DNA from: Candidatus Aminicenantales bacterium
Lineage (GTDB): Bacteria; Acidobacteriota; Aminicenantia; Aminicenantales; Saccharicenantaceae
NCBI GenBank assembly: GCA_050015275.1
Contig: JBEKBS010000012.1
Coordinates: 34,786 to 98,785, forward strand
Direction: 5' to 3'
DNA length: 64,000 nucleotides
The position numbers were made by a program, and so were the translations under genes. The notes beneath the pieces are model-generated. The model did no database searches. It was not told the origin of the DNA and saw only the letters and a list, made by a program, of their open reading frames with translations. Within the stretch, counting starts at the first letter, position 1; the number at the start of each line of letters is the position of its first letter. Of this stretch, positions 50,137 through 58,587 are shown in pieces.

Positions 50137-51029
50137 GCCGTCCTCCTTGAGATCGATTCCGCCATGGCCTTGATGAAGGCCGGGTCCGTCCCGCAGCAGC
50201 CGCCGACGATATTGGCCCCGGCCCGGATGAGCTCCGGAACGAACCGGACATAGTCTTCGAGCCCTTGGGAATAGCCCACCCGGCCGTCGCTCCCGACAAC
50301 GGGCTGGCCCGCGTTGGCCTGGGCGATCAACGGCAGGATCGTCTCCTGCCGCATGGCCTTGACGAGGCCCGTCATCTGCTCGCTATTGAGAGTGCAGTTG
50401 GCTCCCACGGCCCTGGCGCCTTCCTTTTCGAGCTCCTTCAGGCACCGGGCGACAGTGTCGCCCATGCTGGTAAAGTACCCCCGGGGATTCGCGGAGAAGG
50501 TCATCGTGACGAAAACAGGCAGGCTGGAGGCCGCCCGCCGGGCTCCTCGGAGGGCGGAGAGGGCCTCGCGGAGGTCATACTGGGTTTCGATGAGCAGAAC
50601 ATCCACCGCGCCGTCGGCAAGGGCCCCTGCCTGTTCGGCGAAGACGGACTCGAACTCCTCCTCCGTGAACTCGCCCAGGGGCTTGAGGAGCTTGCCGGTC
50701 GGCCCGATGCTCCCGGCCACGAACTTCCCGGGGGGCGCAACCTCCCGGGCGAGCCGGGCTGCGGTGCCATTCAGCTCGGCCGTCCGGCCCTCAAGCCCGT
50801 GGTGGGCAAGTTTGATCCGGCTCGCGCCGAAGCTGTTCGTGGAAACCATATCGGATCCGGCCAGGAAATAGTTCCGATGAATCTCCTGGACAACGTCGGG
50901 CCTCTCGATGTTCCACTCTTCGGGAAATTTCCCCTGGGGCAATCCGCGGGCCATGAGCTCCGTGCCCATGGCCCCGTCCAAGAGAACGGTCCTTTGACGG
51001 ATCAGGTCCATTATCGAACGGCTCATCAT
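50133..51029 (-). CDS. homocysteine S-methyltransferase-domain protein (MetH Hcy-binding module homologue)
   Basis: LLDGAMGTEL, TNSFGAS, and the zinc-ligand cysteines VGANC and GGCCGT. It has ATGA overlaps at both ends. Confidence 0.75.
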   Translation of the reverse strand: MMSRSIMDLIRQRTVLLDGAMGTELMARGLPQGKFPEEWNIERPDVVQEIHRNYFLAGSDMVSTNSFGASRIKLAHHGLEGRTAELNGTAARLAREVAPPGKFVAGSIGPTGKLLKPLGEFTEEEFESVFAEQAGALADGAVDVLLIETQYDLREALSALRGARRAASSLPVFVTMTFSANPRGYFTSMGDTVARCLKELEKEGARAVGANCTLNSEQMTGLVKAMRQETILPLIAQANAGQPVVGSDGRVGYSQGLEDYVRFVPELIRAGANIVGGCCGTDPAFIKAMAESISRRTA

Positions 51030-52804
51030 CCACCTCCGGGGAAAGGGCCGAATTCCAGGCACCGGACAAACTCGTCCTGGAAATCCGGCCTCGCGGCCAG
51101 CGAAACATGGGTCACGCTTTTCGCCAGGGACCCGGCGGCCGCCCTCGCGGGAGCCGAAAGGAGGAGCTTGCGCGCCCCGGCCAGCGACGAGTTCCCAACG
51201 AACGTGATCTTTTTATCCGGGATCCCCGGCAGAAGGCCCAGGGCCTGGGCGTTGCGGATGTCGAGCGAGCTGCCGAAGGCACCGGCGACGTAAACGCTGT
51301 CCAACTCCTTCAGCCCCACCTGGAACTCCCGAAGCAACAGCCGGATCCCCGTCTTGATGGCGGCGGCGGCCAGCTGGATCTCCCGGATGTCGTTCTGGGT
51401 CAGGCTGAGCTTATCGCCCAGCCGGAGTTTTTTCTCCGGCCCGGCGATCTTGCCATCGCGGCCGATGAGGCCGCGGGCCAGGCCGTGGGCCAGGACGTCG
51501 ATGAGCCCCGTGCCGCAGAGGCCGTGGGGCGTCCCGCCGCCGATCGTCTGGAGCCGGAAGCCGTCCCGCCATTCGGCCCGGTGGACCGCGCCCTCGACTG
51601 CCAGCATGCCGCAGCTGATGCTCATCCCTTCGAAGGCCGGCCCCGCCGCCGTGGAAGTGGCGACGAACTGCGGGCCTTTCTTGAGGACGATCTCGCCGTT
51701 GGTCCCGATATCGATGAAGAGCGCGGTGCCCGGCTTATCGGCCAGGGCGCAGGCGGCCAGCCCGGCCGTGATGTCCCCGCCGACGAAGCTCTTGATATTG
51801 GGGACGATGAAGACCCTGGCCGCCGGATTGAGCTCGAGGCCGATCTCCGCGGCGGGGAAGGGCGGCACGAACGTGAAGACCGCCTGGAAGGGGGAGAGGG
51901 CCAGCGGGTCCACGCTCACTCCGCAAAGCAAGTGGTTCATCGCCGTATTGCCGGAGATGACGGCCTCGTAGACGCGATCGGTCGGGACGCCGCTTTTTTC
52001 CGACAATTCGCGGGCGAGCGTGTTCAGGAGATGGGTGATGGACTTTCTCAGGCGCTTGAGATTGTCCGGCGATTGGAAGGCGAAGCTGATCCTCGAAACG
52101 ACGTCAGCGCCGTAGGAGGCCTGGCTGTTGAGGGCCGAGGCCCGGCCGGCGCTTTTTCCGGTGATGAGGTCGACGAGCTCGACGACGACGGTGCTCGTGC
52201 CGATGTCCACGGCCAGCCCGAACGTCTGCGCAGACGTGTCGCCGGGCTCGATATCAAGGGCCTCCAGTTCGCCGTAGAGGACGGCCGTGACCGTCCGAGG
52301 CGAGCCCTGGTCCAACTCCTTGAGGCCCCTCAGGGCCGGAAGAGGGAAGCCCAAACCGGGCGCCCCGAGAAGTGACTCCAGGCTTTCCGTCACGGCCGCA
52401 GGGGCTGAGAGCGGGGGCCTTTCGAGGGTCACGGCGAGTTTCCTGACTTGGGGGTCAAGGGCGACAGGCAGAGAAAGGCCGGTCTCGAGGACGGCCACTT
52501 TGCCCAAGCGCGATTCCGGGAGGATTTCCACGACCATGTCGCCCCGAACGGCGAACCGGCAGGCCAGCCGGTGGTCGGGGCCGAGGCCCCTTTTATCGAG
52601 GACGGCCCTTTCGGGGGCCTCGAGGAGGGGCAGGAGCCCCGCCCGGATCCGGACGGCGCACTTCCCGCAGACCCCGCGCTTGTGGCAATAGAGGCTGACC
52701 GGAATGCCGGCCGTCGCCAGGGCGTCGGCCAGGAGCTCCCCGGCCCGGACCCGGATCTTGGTCCCGTCAGGGAGGATCTCGAGGGTATTAGTCACGTCGG
52801 TCAT
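51026..52804 (-). CDS. corrinoid reductive activase (RACo / DUF4445, [2Fe-2S] ferredoxin + ASKHA ATPase)
   Basis: N-terminal ferredoxin Cys pattern CHKRGVCGKCAV...LACRF and a long ASKHA-like body (DIGTSTV, DIGTNGE). Confidence 0.75.
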   Translation of the reverse strand: MTDVTNTLEILPDGTKIRVRAGELLADALATAGIPVSLYCHKRGVCGKCAVRIRAGLLPLLEAPERAVLDKRGLGPDHRLACRFAVRGDMVVEILPESRLGKVAVLETGLSLPVALDPQVRKLAVTLERPPLSAPAAVTESLESLLGAPGLGFPLPALRGLKELDQGSPRTVTAVLYGELEALDIEPGDTSAQTFGLAVDIGTSTVVVELVDLITGKSAGRASALNSQASYGADVVSRISFAFQSPDNLKRLRKSITHLLNTLARELSEKSGVPTDRVYEAVISGNTAMNHLLCGVSVDPLALSPFQAVFTFVPPFPAAEIGLELNPAARVFIVPNIKSFVGGDITAGLAACALADKPGTALFIDIGTNGEIVLKKGPQFVATSTAAGPAFEGMSISCGMLAVEGAVHRAEWRDGFRLQTIGGGTPHGLCGTGLIDVLAHGLARGLIGRDGKIAGPEKKLRLGDKLSLTQNDIREIQLAAAAIKTGIRLLLREFQVGLKELDSVYVAGAFGSSLDIRNAQALGLLPGIPDKKITFVGNSSLAGARKLLLSAPARAAAGSLAKSVTHVSLAARPDFQDEFVRCLEFGPFPGGG

Positions 52805-52857
52805 CTTCTTCAGCCGGCCACAAGAAGCTTCATTTTAAACCAAATCCCCGGCCATGC

Positions 52858-54270
52858 CTATCCTTTTTTGCGGTCCCCGCCGCCCGCGGGAGGACGCCTT
52901 CTCCAGATCAGGAAGGCCGGCAGGCCGGCCCCGAGCAGGGCCAGGCCCGCCGCGGACTTCAGGGGCTGGGCAGAGAGGATGTTGACGAAGATCGCCAGGC
53001 ATATTACTACAAATACCATAGGAATAATAGGATATCCCCACGCCCGGTAGGGACGGCTCGCTTCGGGGCGCCGCCGGCGGAGGACGATGACGGCCAGGCC
53101 CGTCGCCGCGAAGAAAACGAGCAGGGCGAAAACCATGTATTCGTACAGCGATTGGTATCCCCCAGACAGGCAGAGCACGGCGGACCAGGCGGCCTGGCCC
53201 CAGAGGGCGCGCGTCGGGACTCTGGTGCGCGGGCTGAGCCGGGCCATGGACCGGAAAAAGCTCCCGTCCCTGGCCATGGCGTAATAGACCCGCGGCCCGA
53301 AAAGCAGGTTGGCGTTCAGGCAGCCGAAGACCGAGATCATGATCACGGCCGCAATCGCCGTTCCCGCGCCGCCGCCGAAGAGAGCCGTCGTGACGAGCTC
53401 CCCGACCCGCACGACCCCCTTCATCTTCTCCAGCGGAAGGGCCAGAAGGTAGACAAGGTTGATCGAGACATATAAAACGATGACCCCGACGACGCCGAGG
53501 GCCAGCCCCCGAGGGATGTTTTTCTCCGGGTCCCGGATCTCTTCGGCCGTGCAGTTGACGGAATACCAGCCGTCATACGTCCAAAAAACCGCGACCAGAG
53601 CCAGGCCGAGCGGTTTCAGGACGCCCGGAAACCTCAGCCCTGCGGGGAAAAGAGGGTGGAAGTTCGTCCCGCCCGCCTTGGTCCCGAAAACGAGCCCCAG
53701 GACGACGAGCGCCCCGACCGCCCCGATCCGGAAGACGGTCAAGAGGTTCTGGACGACGACGCCGGCCCGGATCCCGAGCGAGTTGATGGCGGTCAAGACG
53801 ACGATGGAGGCGGCGGCGACCACCTGCCCGGCCGACAGGGAATATGAAAGCCCAAAGGCCGAAAACTGGGCGACTTTGACCCCCATGGAGAGTGAGGGAA
53901 CGAAGGAGCCGAAGAATTCGGCGAACCCCACGGCCAGCGCGGCTAGCCCGCCGCACATGATGAACCCGAAAAAGCCCCAGCCGAAGAGGAAGGCTGCGCC
54001 CGGGCCGTAAGCCTCCCGGAGGTAGACATATTGACCCCCGGCCTTCGGGTACATCGCTCCGAGCTCGGCGAACGAGAGCGCCCCGCAGAGCGTGACGAGG
54101 CCTCCGGCCAGCCAAACGACGAGGAGGAGGCCGGGGGAGGGGAGGCCGGCCGCGATCAAGCCCGGCGTCATGAAGATCCCCGACCCGATGACGGCACCGA
54201 CGACGAGGAAGGCCGTGTCCATGAGGTTCAGCCGCCTGAGGAATTTTGGTTCGATTGTTTCCGGGCTCAT
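52858..54270 (-). CDS. APC superfamily amino acid/polyamine/organocation permease
   Basis: 470 aa with about 12 TM helices. The N-terminal motif is VVGAVIGSGIFMTPG. Confidence 0.8.
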   Translation of the reverse strand: MSPETIEPKFLRRLNLMDTAFLVVGAVIGSGIFMTPGLIAAGLPSPGLLLVVWLAGGLVTLCGALSFAELGAMYPKAGGQYVYLREAYGPGAAFLFGWGFFGFIMCGGLAALAVGFAEFFGSFVPSLSMGVKVAQFSAFGLSYSLSAGQVVAAASIVVLTAINSLGIRAGVVVQNLLTVFRIGAVGALVVLGLVFGTKAGGTNFHPLFPAGLRFPGVLKPLGLALVAVFWTYDGWYSVNCTAEEIRDPEKNIPRGLALGVVGVIVLYVSINLVYLLALPLEKMKGVVRVGELVTTALFGGGAGTAIAAVIMISVFGCLNANLLFGPRVYYAMARDGSFFRSMARLSPRTRVPTRALWGQAAWSAVLCLSGGYQSLYEYMVFALLVFFAATGLAVIVLRRRRPEASRPYRAWGYPIIPMVFVVICLAIFVNILSAQPLKSAAGLALLGAGLPAFLIWRRRPPAGGGDRKKG

Positions 54271-55026
54271 GGTCTCGGCCAGGCCCCATTGTACGGGATT
54301 TAGAGGATCAAGCGTGAGGAATATTTTTGTAATGCCGAAAGATACCGAGAGAGACAGTTACCCGAGCGCGATCAAAGGGATCGACCCATCCCCCCCCCCA
54401 GCCAAAGTTTCTCGCGGAATGATACGATGGAAAATCAACGTAAAATCCTATTGGCCCTTTATCATACTGATCACAAATCCACTTATATCATTTAATATCA
54501 ATGATTTATAATATTTTTTGCGGCTTGCCCTTATTCAAAACGCTGTTTGCTGCACCCTGCCTTTTTCACGCATTCTTATTTTGCCGTCTCTCCGGATTGC
54601 CCCTTTTCTATCTCGAACCCAACTGTTTAACCTGCCGTCTAACCGCAGATTTCCTGATCAAGAGCACCAAGCTTCCATGATAGAGGATTGCGGTTATTCT
54701 TGGATCGGGCTTTGGCCTATTTATTTTCGAACTGGGGCTTTCAATTCGGCCTTTTTTTCGTTCGCTTCCAATTGATACATAAAACGCTTCCACTCGTCCT
54801 CCGCCGGACGCCCCTCAGCGATTTTCGCAAATCATTTTCTGCAAACCCGCGTACCTACTTAGCTTTTCTTTTTTTTCAATTCACTCGTGTCGACGAAATC
54901 TCTTTATTGTCGTTCCTAATCCCACAAGTTTTTCCCCACGACCCCAATCCCGTCTCTACGATACTGCTAAACTCCTTATGACCGGATTCCGGACACACAT
55001 TTATTCATTTGTATTCAAATAGTTAC

Positions 55027-55053
55027 AATAAATGTCGGCGTGCCGACATTATT
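55027..55053. promoter_or_regulatory. palindromic operator/centromere-like site upstream of parA
   Basis: AATGTCGGC-GT-GCCGACATT is a perfect 9-bp inverted repeat (55031-55050). It extends to AATAAATGTCGGC / GCCGACATTATT with one bulged A. Confidence 0.4.
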
Positions 55054-55076
55054 CTATTCCCGCGACGATAATTCGC

Positions 55077-55105
55077 TTGCATTCCGGCCCCTCTTTCGTT
55101 ATAAA
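55077..55105 (+). promoter_or_regulatory. candidate sigma70-type promoter of parAB (TTGCAT-N17-TATAAA)
   Basis: TTGCAT at 55077-55082, a 17-nt spacer, then TATAAA at 55100-55105. It lies about 40 nt upstream of the parA GTG, and a GGAGGGAG SD starts at 55131. Confidence 0.45.
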
Positions 55106-55145
55106 TGTACTCTCGAATCAATCCGTCCTGGAGGGAGAGAGGCCG

Positions 55146-55910
55146 GTGATCATTGCTATCACGAACCAGAAAGGCGGAGTAGGGAAAACTACGACATCGA
55201 TCAATATCTCTTCTGCTTTGGCTTTGATGGGAAAGAAGGTCCTCCTCATTGATATGGACCCTCAGGCTCACAGCACGATTTCGACCGTGGCCGATCCGTC
55301 GAACTATGAAAAATCGCTCTATGATGTCCTGATGAATAAGCATGAGAAGATGGACAACATCATCGTCCGTTCGACAGTGCCGGGCCTGGACCTGGCTATC
55401 GCAAAGATTTCCATGGCCAAGCTGGAACCATCGCTTCTCGGGGAGATCGACGGTCATTTCCGGCTGAAGGATGCCCTCGAATCCACCAAACACAAATACC
55501 AGTTCATCTTAATCGACACGCCGCCGACACTGGGCTTGATCACCATGAACGCGCTCGTTGCGGCCTCGGCCATCCTGATCCCCATCCAATCCTCATATCT
55601 GGCCCTCGAAGGAACGGATGACCTTTTGGAAACGATCGAGAAGGTCCGCCGGATCGCCAACCCCGGCCTTAAGATCATCGGGGTCCTGGTCACGCTTCAC
55701 GACAGGAGAACTAACCTCGGGAGGGACGTGGTGGAGAGGATCCGCCGCGTCTTCGGAAAGAAGGTCTTCAAGACCTTTATCTCGAAGAGTGTCAAGCTCG
55801 AAGAAAGCCCGGCCTATAAGGAATCGATCTTTACATATGCTCCCGAATCCGTCGGGGCGGAACAATACCGAAAAGTCGCCGAGGAGATATTGGAACGTGC
55901 AAAAAGCTAA
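55146..55910 (+). CDS. parA: ParA/Soj family chromosome-partitioning ATPase
   Basis: GTG 55146 follows GGAGGGAGAGAGG. It has the deviant Walker A ITNQKGGVGKTT, LLIDMDPQ and Walker B FILIDTPP. Confidence 0.85.
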   Translation: MIIAITNQKGGVGKTTTSINISSALALMGKKVLLIDMDPQAHSTISTVADPSNYEKSLYDVLMNKHEKMDNIIVRSTVPGLDLAIAKISMAKLEPSLLGEIDGHFRLKDALESTKHKYQFILIDTPPTLGLITMNALVAASAILIPIQSSYLALEGTDDLLETIEKVRRIANPGLKIIGVLVTLHDRRTNLGRDVVERIRRVFGKKVFKTFISKSVKLEESPAYKESIFTYAPESVGAEQYRKVAEEILERAKS

Positions 55911-56736
55911 GCGGTCCGGTCTTCCTGAAACCGTTACGATGAGGCATGATGGCCACTTTGTCGACCTGCTCTCGTCCAGGTCCATGGGGCCCCGCATTCG
56001 GATGATCGCGCTCGAGCATATCGACCCGAACCCCCATCAAGCCCGGACCGAGCTCGGCAATATCCAGGAGCTTATGGACTCCATTCGGAGCAAAGGCATC
56101 CTCGAGCCTATCCTTGTCCGGTCCAAAGGTAGCAGGTTCGAGATCATCGCCGGGGAGCGCAGGTTCATGGCTGCCAGGAACATCGACCTCAAGGAGATCC
56201 CGTGCATCGAGATGGACGTCGAAGAAAACGAAGCCATGGAGATCGCCCTCATCGAGAACCTCCAGCGGAAGGACCTCGACCTTTTCGAGGAAGCCGACGG
56301 GCTCCAGTCCCTGATCGACCTTTATGGGTATCACCATCAGCAGGTCTCCGAGAAGATCGGAAAAGCCCGCTCGACGATCACCGAAATCCTGTCGATCACG
56401 AGGATCCCCGCGTCCGTCCGCGAGATCATCAAGTCCTCGGGAGCCTTCAGCCGGGGCACGATCATCGAGGTCGCCAAACAGAAAACCGACGAAGACATGC
56501 AAAAGCTCGTCAAAGAGATCGTCGATCGCCATCTGACCAGAGAAGATACCCGCGATCTTTCCAAGCACCTCAAAGGCAAGACGAAGAAACTCAAATATTA
56601 TGTCTATAATTTTGTCCCCGATGACACGGACAATTTCAGATTGAGGCTCGAGTTCAAAAAGCAATCGATCTCAAAGACCGATATCATCGAGGTCCTCGAG
56701 GACATCATCCGCAGGCTGAAAGCCAAAGCAGGATAA
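55897..56736 (+). CDS. parB: ParB/Spo0J family partition protein
   Basis: Motifs IDPNPHQAR, ILEPILVR and IIAGERRFMAA (ParB box), plus an HTH (SEKIGKARSTITEILSI). The start is uncertain: GTG 55897 follows GAGGAG and overlaps the parA end, and an ATG lies about 14 codons downstream. Confidence 0.8.
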   Translation: MQKAKRSGLPETVTMRHDGHFVDLLSSRSMGPRIRMIALEHIDPNPHQARTELGNIQELMDSIRSKGILEPILVRSKGSRFEIIAGERRFMAARNIDLKEIPCIEMDVEENEAMEIALIENLQRKDLDLFEEADGLQSLIDLYGYHHQQVSEKIGKARSTITEILSITRIPASVREIIKSSGAFSRGTIIEVAKQKTDEDMQKLVKEIVDRHLTREDTRDLSKHLKGKTKKLKYYVYNFVPDDTDNFRLRLEFKKQSISKTDIIEVLEDIIRRLKAKAG

Positions 56737-57149
56737 GCGCCTCGGAGGGGATCTTTCTCTTATACGATCCGTTAAAGAAAGCGCCCGGGACACGCTTCAT
56801 ATGGGGAAAAGCGATGGGTTCGTGCGCTCTTATGGTGCCCCTGGGCAATTCCGGATATTAGTTGACATAATAATTCTTATGCGACTCATTTTGCGGGGCC
56901 CCATTAATTATTTCCTCTACAGCCATTTATAATTCTCCACACCCTGTGGATATCCCTGCTGAACAATCCTTGTGCATTTGTGGAAATACCCGCCAGCTTT
57001 TTCTTGATCAGCGCTAGCCCACCTCTTGATCACGGCGCTATAAGGATATTTTTTATCTGGCCCACCACGTATCTCGACTGTTCCTCATCTGACCCTGCCC
57101 TGAAACCATTCCTGGCTTATCGTTGCCCCCCAAAATCGATTTTTTGGCC

Positions 57150-57190
57150 AAAAAAAAGGCCGGCCACGGTCGTCTCCGCCGCGCCGGCCC
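57150..57190 (-). terminator. intrinsic terminator downstream of rho
   Basis: On the minus strand the stem GGCCGGC (57189-57183) pairs with GCCGGCC (57164-57158). It is followed by T8 (the complement of A57150-57157) and lies 20 nt after the rho stop. Confidence 0.55.
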
Positions 57191-57209
57191 GTTCCCGGTC
57201 TCTTGGGAC

Positions 57210-58490
57210 CTAAAGGGCCTTGCTCATGGCCGCCATGAAGTCCTGGTTCGTCTTGGTCTTGCTCAGCTTATCGATCAGCAGCTCCACGGCCTCGACCTCG
57301 TTCATCTGGCTGAGGACCTTTCTCAAGACCCAGATCCTGTTCAAGTCGGCCTCCTCGATCAGGAGCTCCTCTTTCCGGGTCCCGGACCGGCTGATATCGA
57401 TCGCCGGGAAGACCCTCTTGTCGACAAGCCTCCGATCAAGGTTGATCTCCATGTTACCCGTGCCTTTGAATTCTTCGAAGATGACCTCGTCCATCCGGCT
57501 CCCGGTGTCCACCAGGGCCGTCGCCAGGATGGTCAGGCTGCCGCCTTCCTCGACCTTGCGGGCCGAGCCGAAGAATTTCTTCGGCTTGTGAAGGGCGTTG
57601 GCGTCGATCCCGCCCGACAGGACCTTCCCCGAGGGCGGGACGATCGCGTTGTGGGCCCGGGCCAGCCGGGTGATCGAGTCGAGCAGGATCACGACGTCCC
57701 GCTTGATCTCGACGAGCCTCTTCGCCTTCTCGAGGACGATGTTCGCGACCTGGGCGTTCCGGGTCGGCGGCTCGTCGAACGTCGACGCGACGACCTCCCC
57801 GTTGACGCTCCTCTTGAAGTCCGTCACTTCTTCCGGCCGTTCGGCCACTAGGAGCACGATCAAGAAGATCTCGGGGTGGTTTTTTTCGATGGACTTGGCG
57901 ATCGTCTTAAGGATGGTCGTTTTTCCGGCCCTCGGGGGCGAGACGATGAGCCCCCGCTGTCCCTTGCCGATGGGCGTCAGGAGTTCCATGACCCGGGCGT
58001 TCATGTTCTTCGGGTTCCCGTCCTGGAGCTTGATCATTTCGAAGGGATAGAGCGGCGTCAGGCTTTCGAAGACGACGTTCCGCCTCTCCTCGATGATGAC
58101 GTCAGGGTGCATGAAATTGACGGCCTCGATCTTGATCAGGGCGAAGTATTTTTCCCCGTTTTTCGGGGCCCTGACATGGCCCGAGATCGTGTCCCCGGTC
58201 CGGAGCTGGAATTTTCGGATCTGGGACGGCGAAACATAGATGTCGTCCTGGCTTGGCAGGTAGCTGAACTCTGGGGCCCTCAGGAACCCGAAGCCGTCCT
58301 CGAGGCACTCGAGGACCCCTTCCGAGAACAACAGGCCCTGCTTCTTGGCCTGGGCCTCCAGGATCCTGAAGATCAGATGGTGCTTGCTGGTTTCTTCGGT
58401 TTCCGGCTCCTCGATCCCCACGGCGACGGCGAGCTTCTTCAGGGCGGAAACGTCTTTTTCCTCCAGCTCGACCAAATTGTACTCTTTCAT
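57210..58490 (-). CDS. rho: transcription termination factor Rho
   Basis: The track start at 58502 is GTG. ATG 58490 ([13 protein letters not shown]) follows GTGAGG. It has the RNA-binding GFGFLR, Walker [16 protein letters not shown], and the C-terminal motif [17 protein letters not shown]. Confidence 0.95.
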   Translation of the reverse strand: MKEYNLVELEEKDVSALKKLAVAVGIEEPETEETSKHHLIFRILEAQAKKQGLLFSEGVLECLEDGFGFLRAPEFSYLPSQDDIYVSPSQIRKFQLRTGDTISGHVRAPKNGEKYFALIKIEAVNFMHPDVIIEERRNVVFESLTPLYPFEMIKLQDGNPKNMNARVMELLTPIGKGQRGLIVSPPRAGKTTILKTIAKSIEKNHPEIFLIVLLVAERPEEVTDFKRSVNGEVVASTFDEPPTRNAQVANIVLEKAKRLVEIKRDVVILLDSITRLARAHNAIVPPSGKVLSGGIDANALHKPKKFFGSARKVEEGGSLTILATALVDTGSRMDEVIFEEFKGTGNMEINLDRRLVDKRVFPAIDISRSGTRKEELLIEEADLNRIWVLRKVLSQMNEVEAVELLIDKLSKTKTNQDFMAAMSKAL

Positions 58491-58587
58491 GGTTGACCTC
58501 ACTGTAAAATATTTATTTACAACAACCTATATGGATTTTCAGCTCGGACCTGCGGCCTTGCCGCCGGTTGGGGGGACTCGTTCGGGC

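Larger units (their letters stand above)
54290..55145. other. ORF-poor AT-rich intergenic region
   Basis: No credible ORF is present. My hand count of 54421-54540 gives 36 G+C in 120 nt (30%). The tract 54483-54520 (TTATATCATTTAATATCAATGATTTATAATATTTTTT) is almost pure A/T. Confidence 0.8.

Noticed and set aside
54518-54981. Track ORFs inside the AT-rich region: 54518-54775 (+), 54608-54793 (-) and 54688-54981 (+).
   Set aside because: They are short and mutually overlapping, with no SD and a composition unlike the rest of the genome's genes. Their translations are phenylalanine/leucine/serine-rich, as expected from random AT-rich sequence.
54290-57209. Chromosomal replication origin (oriC) at the AT-rich regions flanking parAB.
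   Set aside because: No dnaA or dnaN gene is nearby. Gene orientation does not diverge here, since genes on both sides are on the minus strand. The 54290-55145 region has only 6-of-9 DnaA-box matches, and the better 8-of-9 matches at 56933-56953 are just one pair. The observations are kept as findings, but an oriC call is not supported without GC-skew data.
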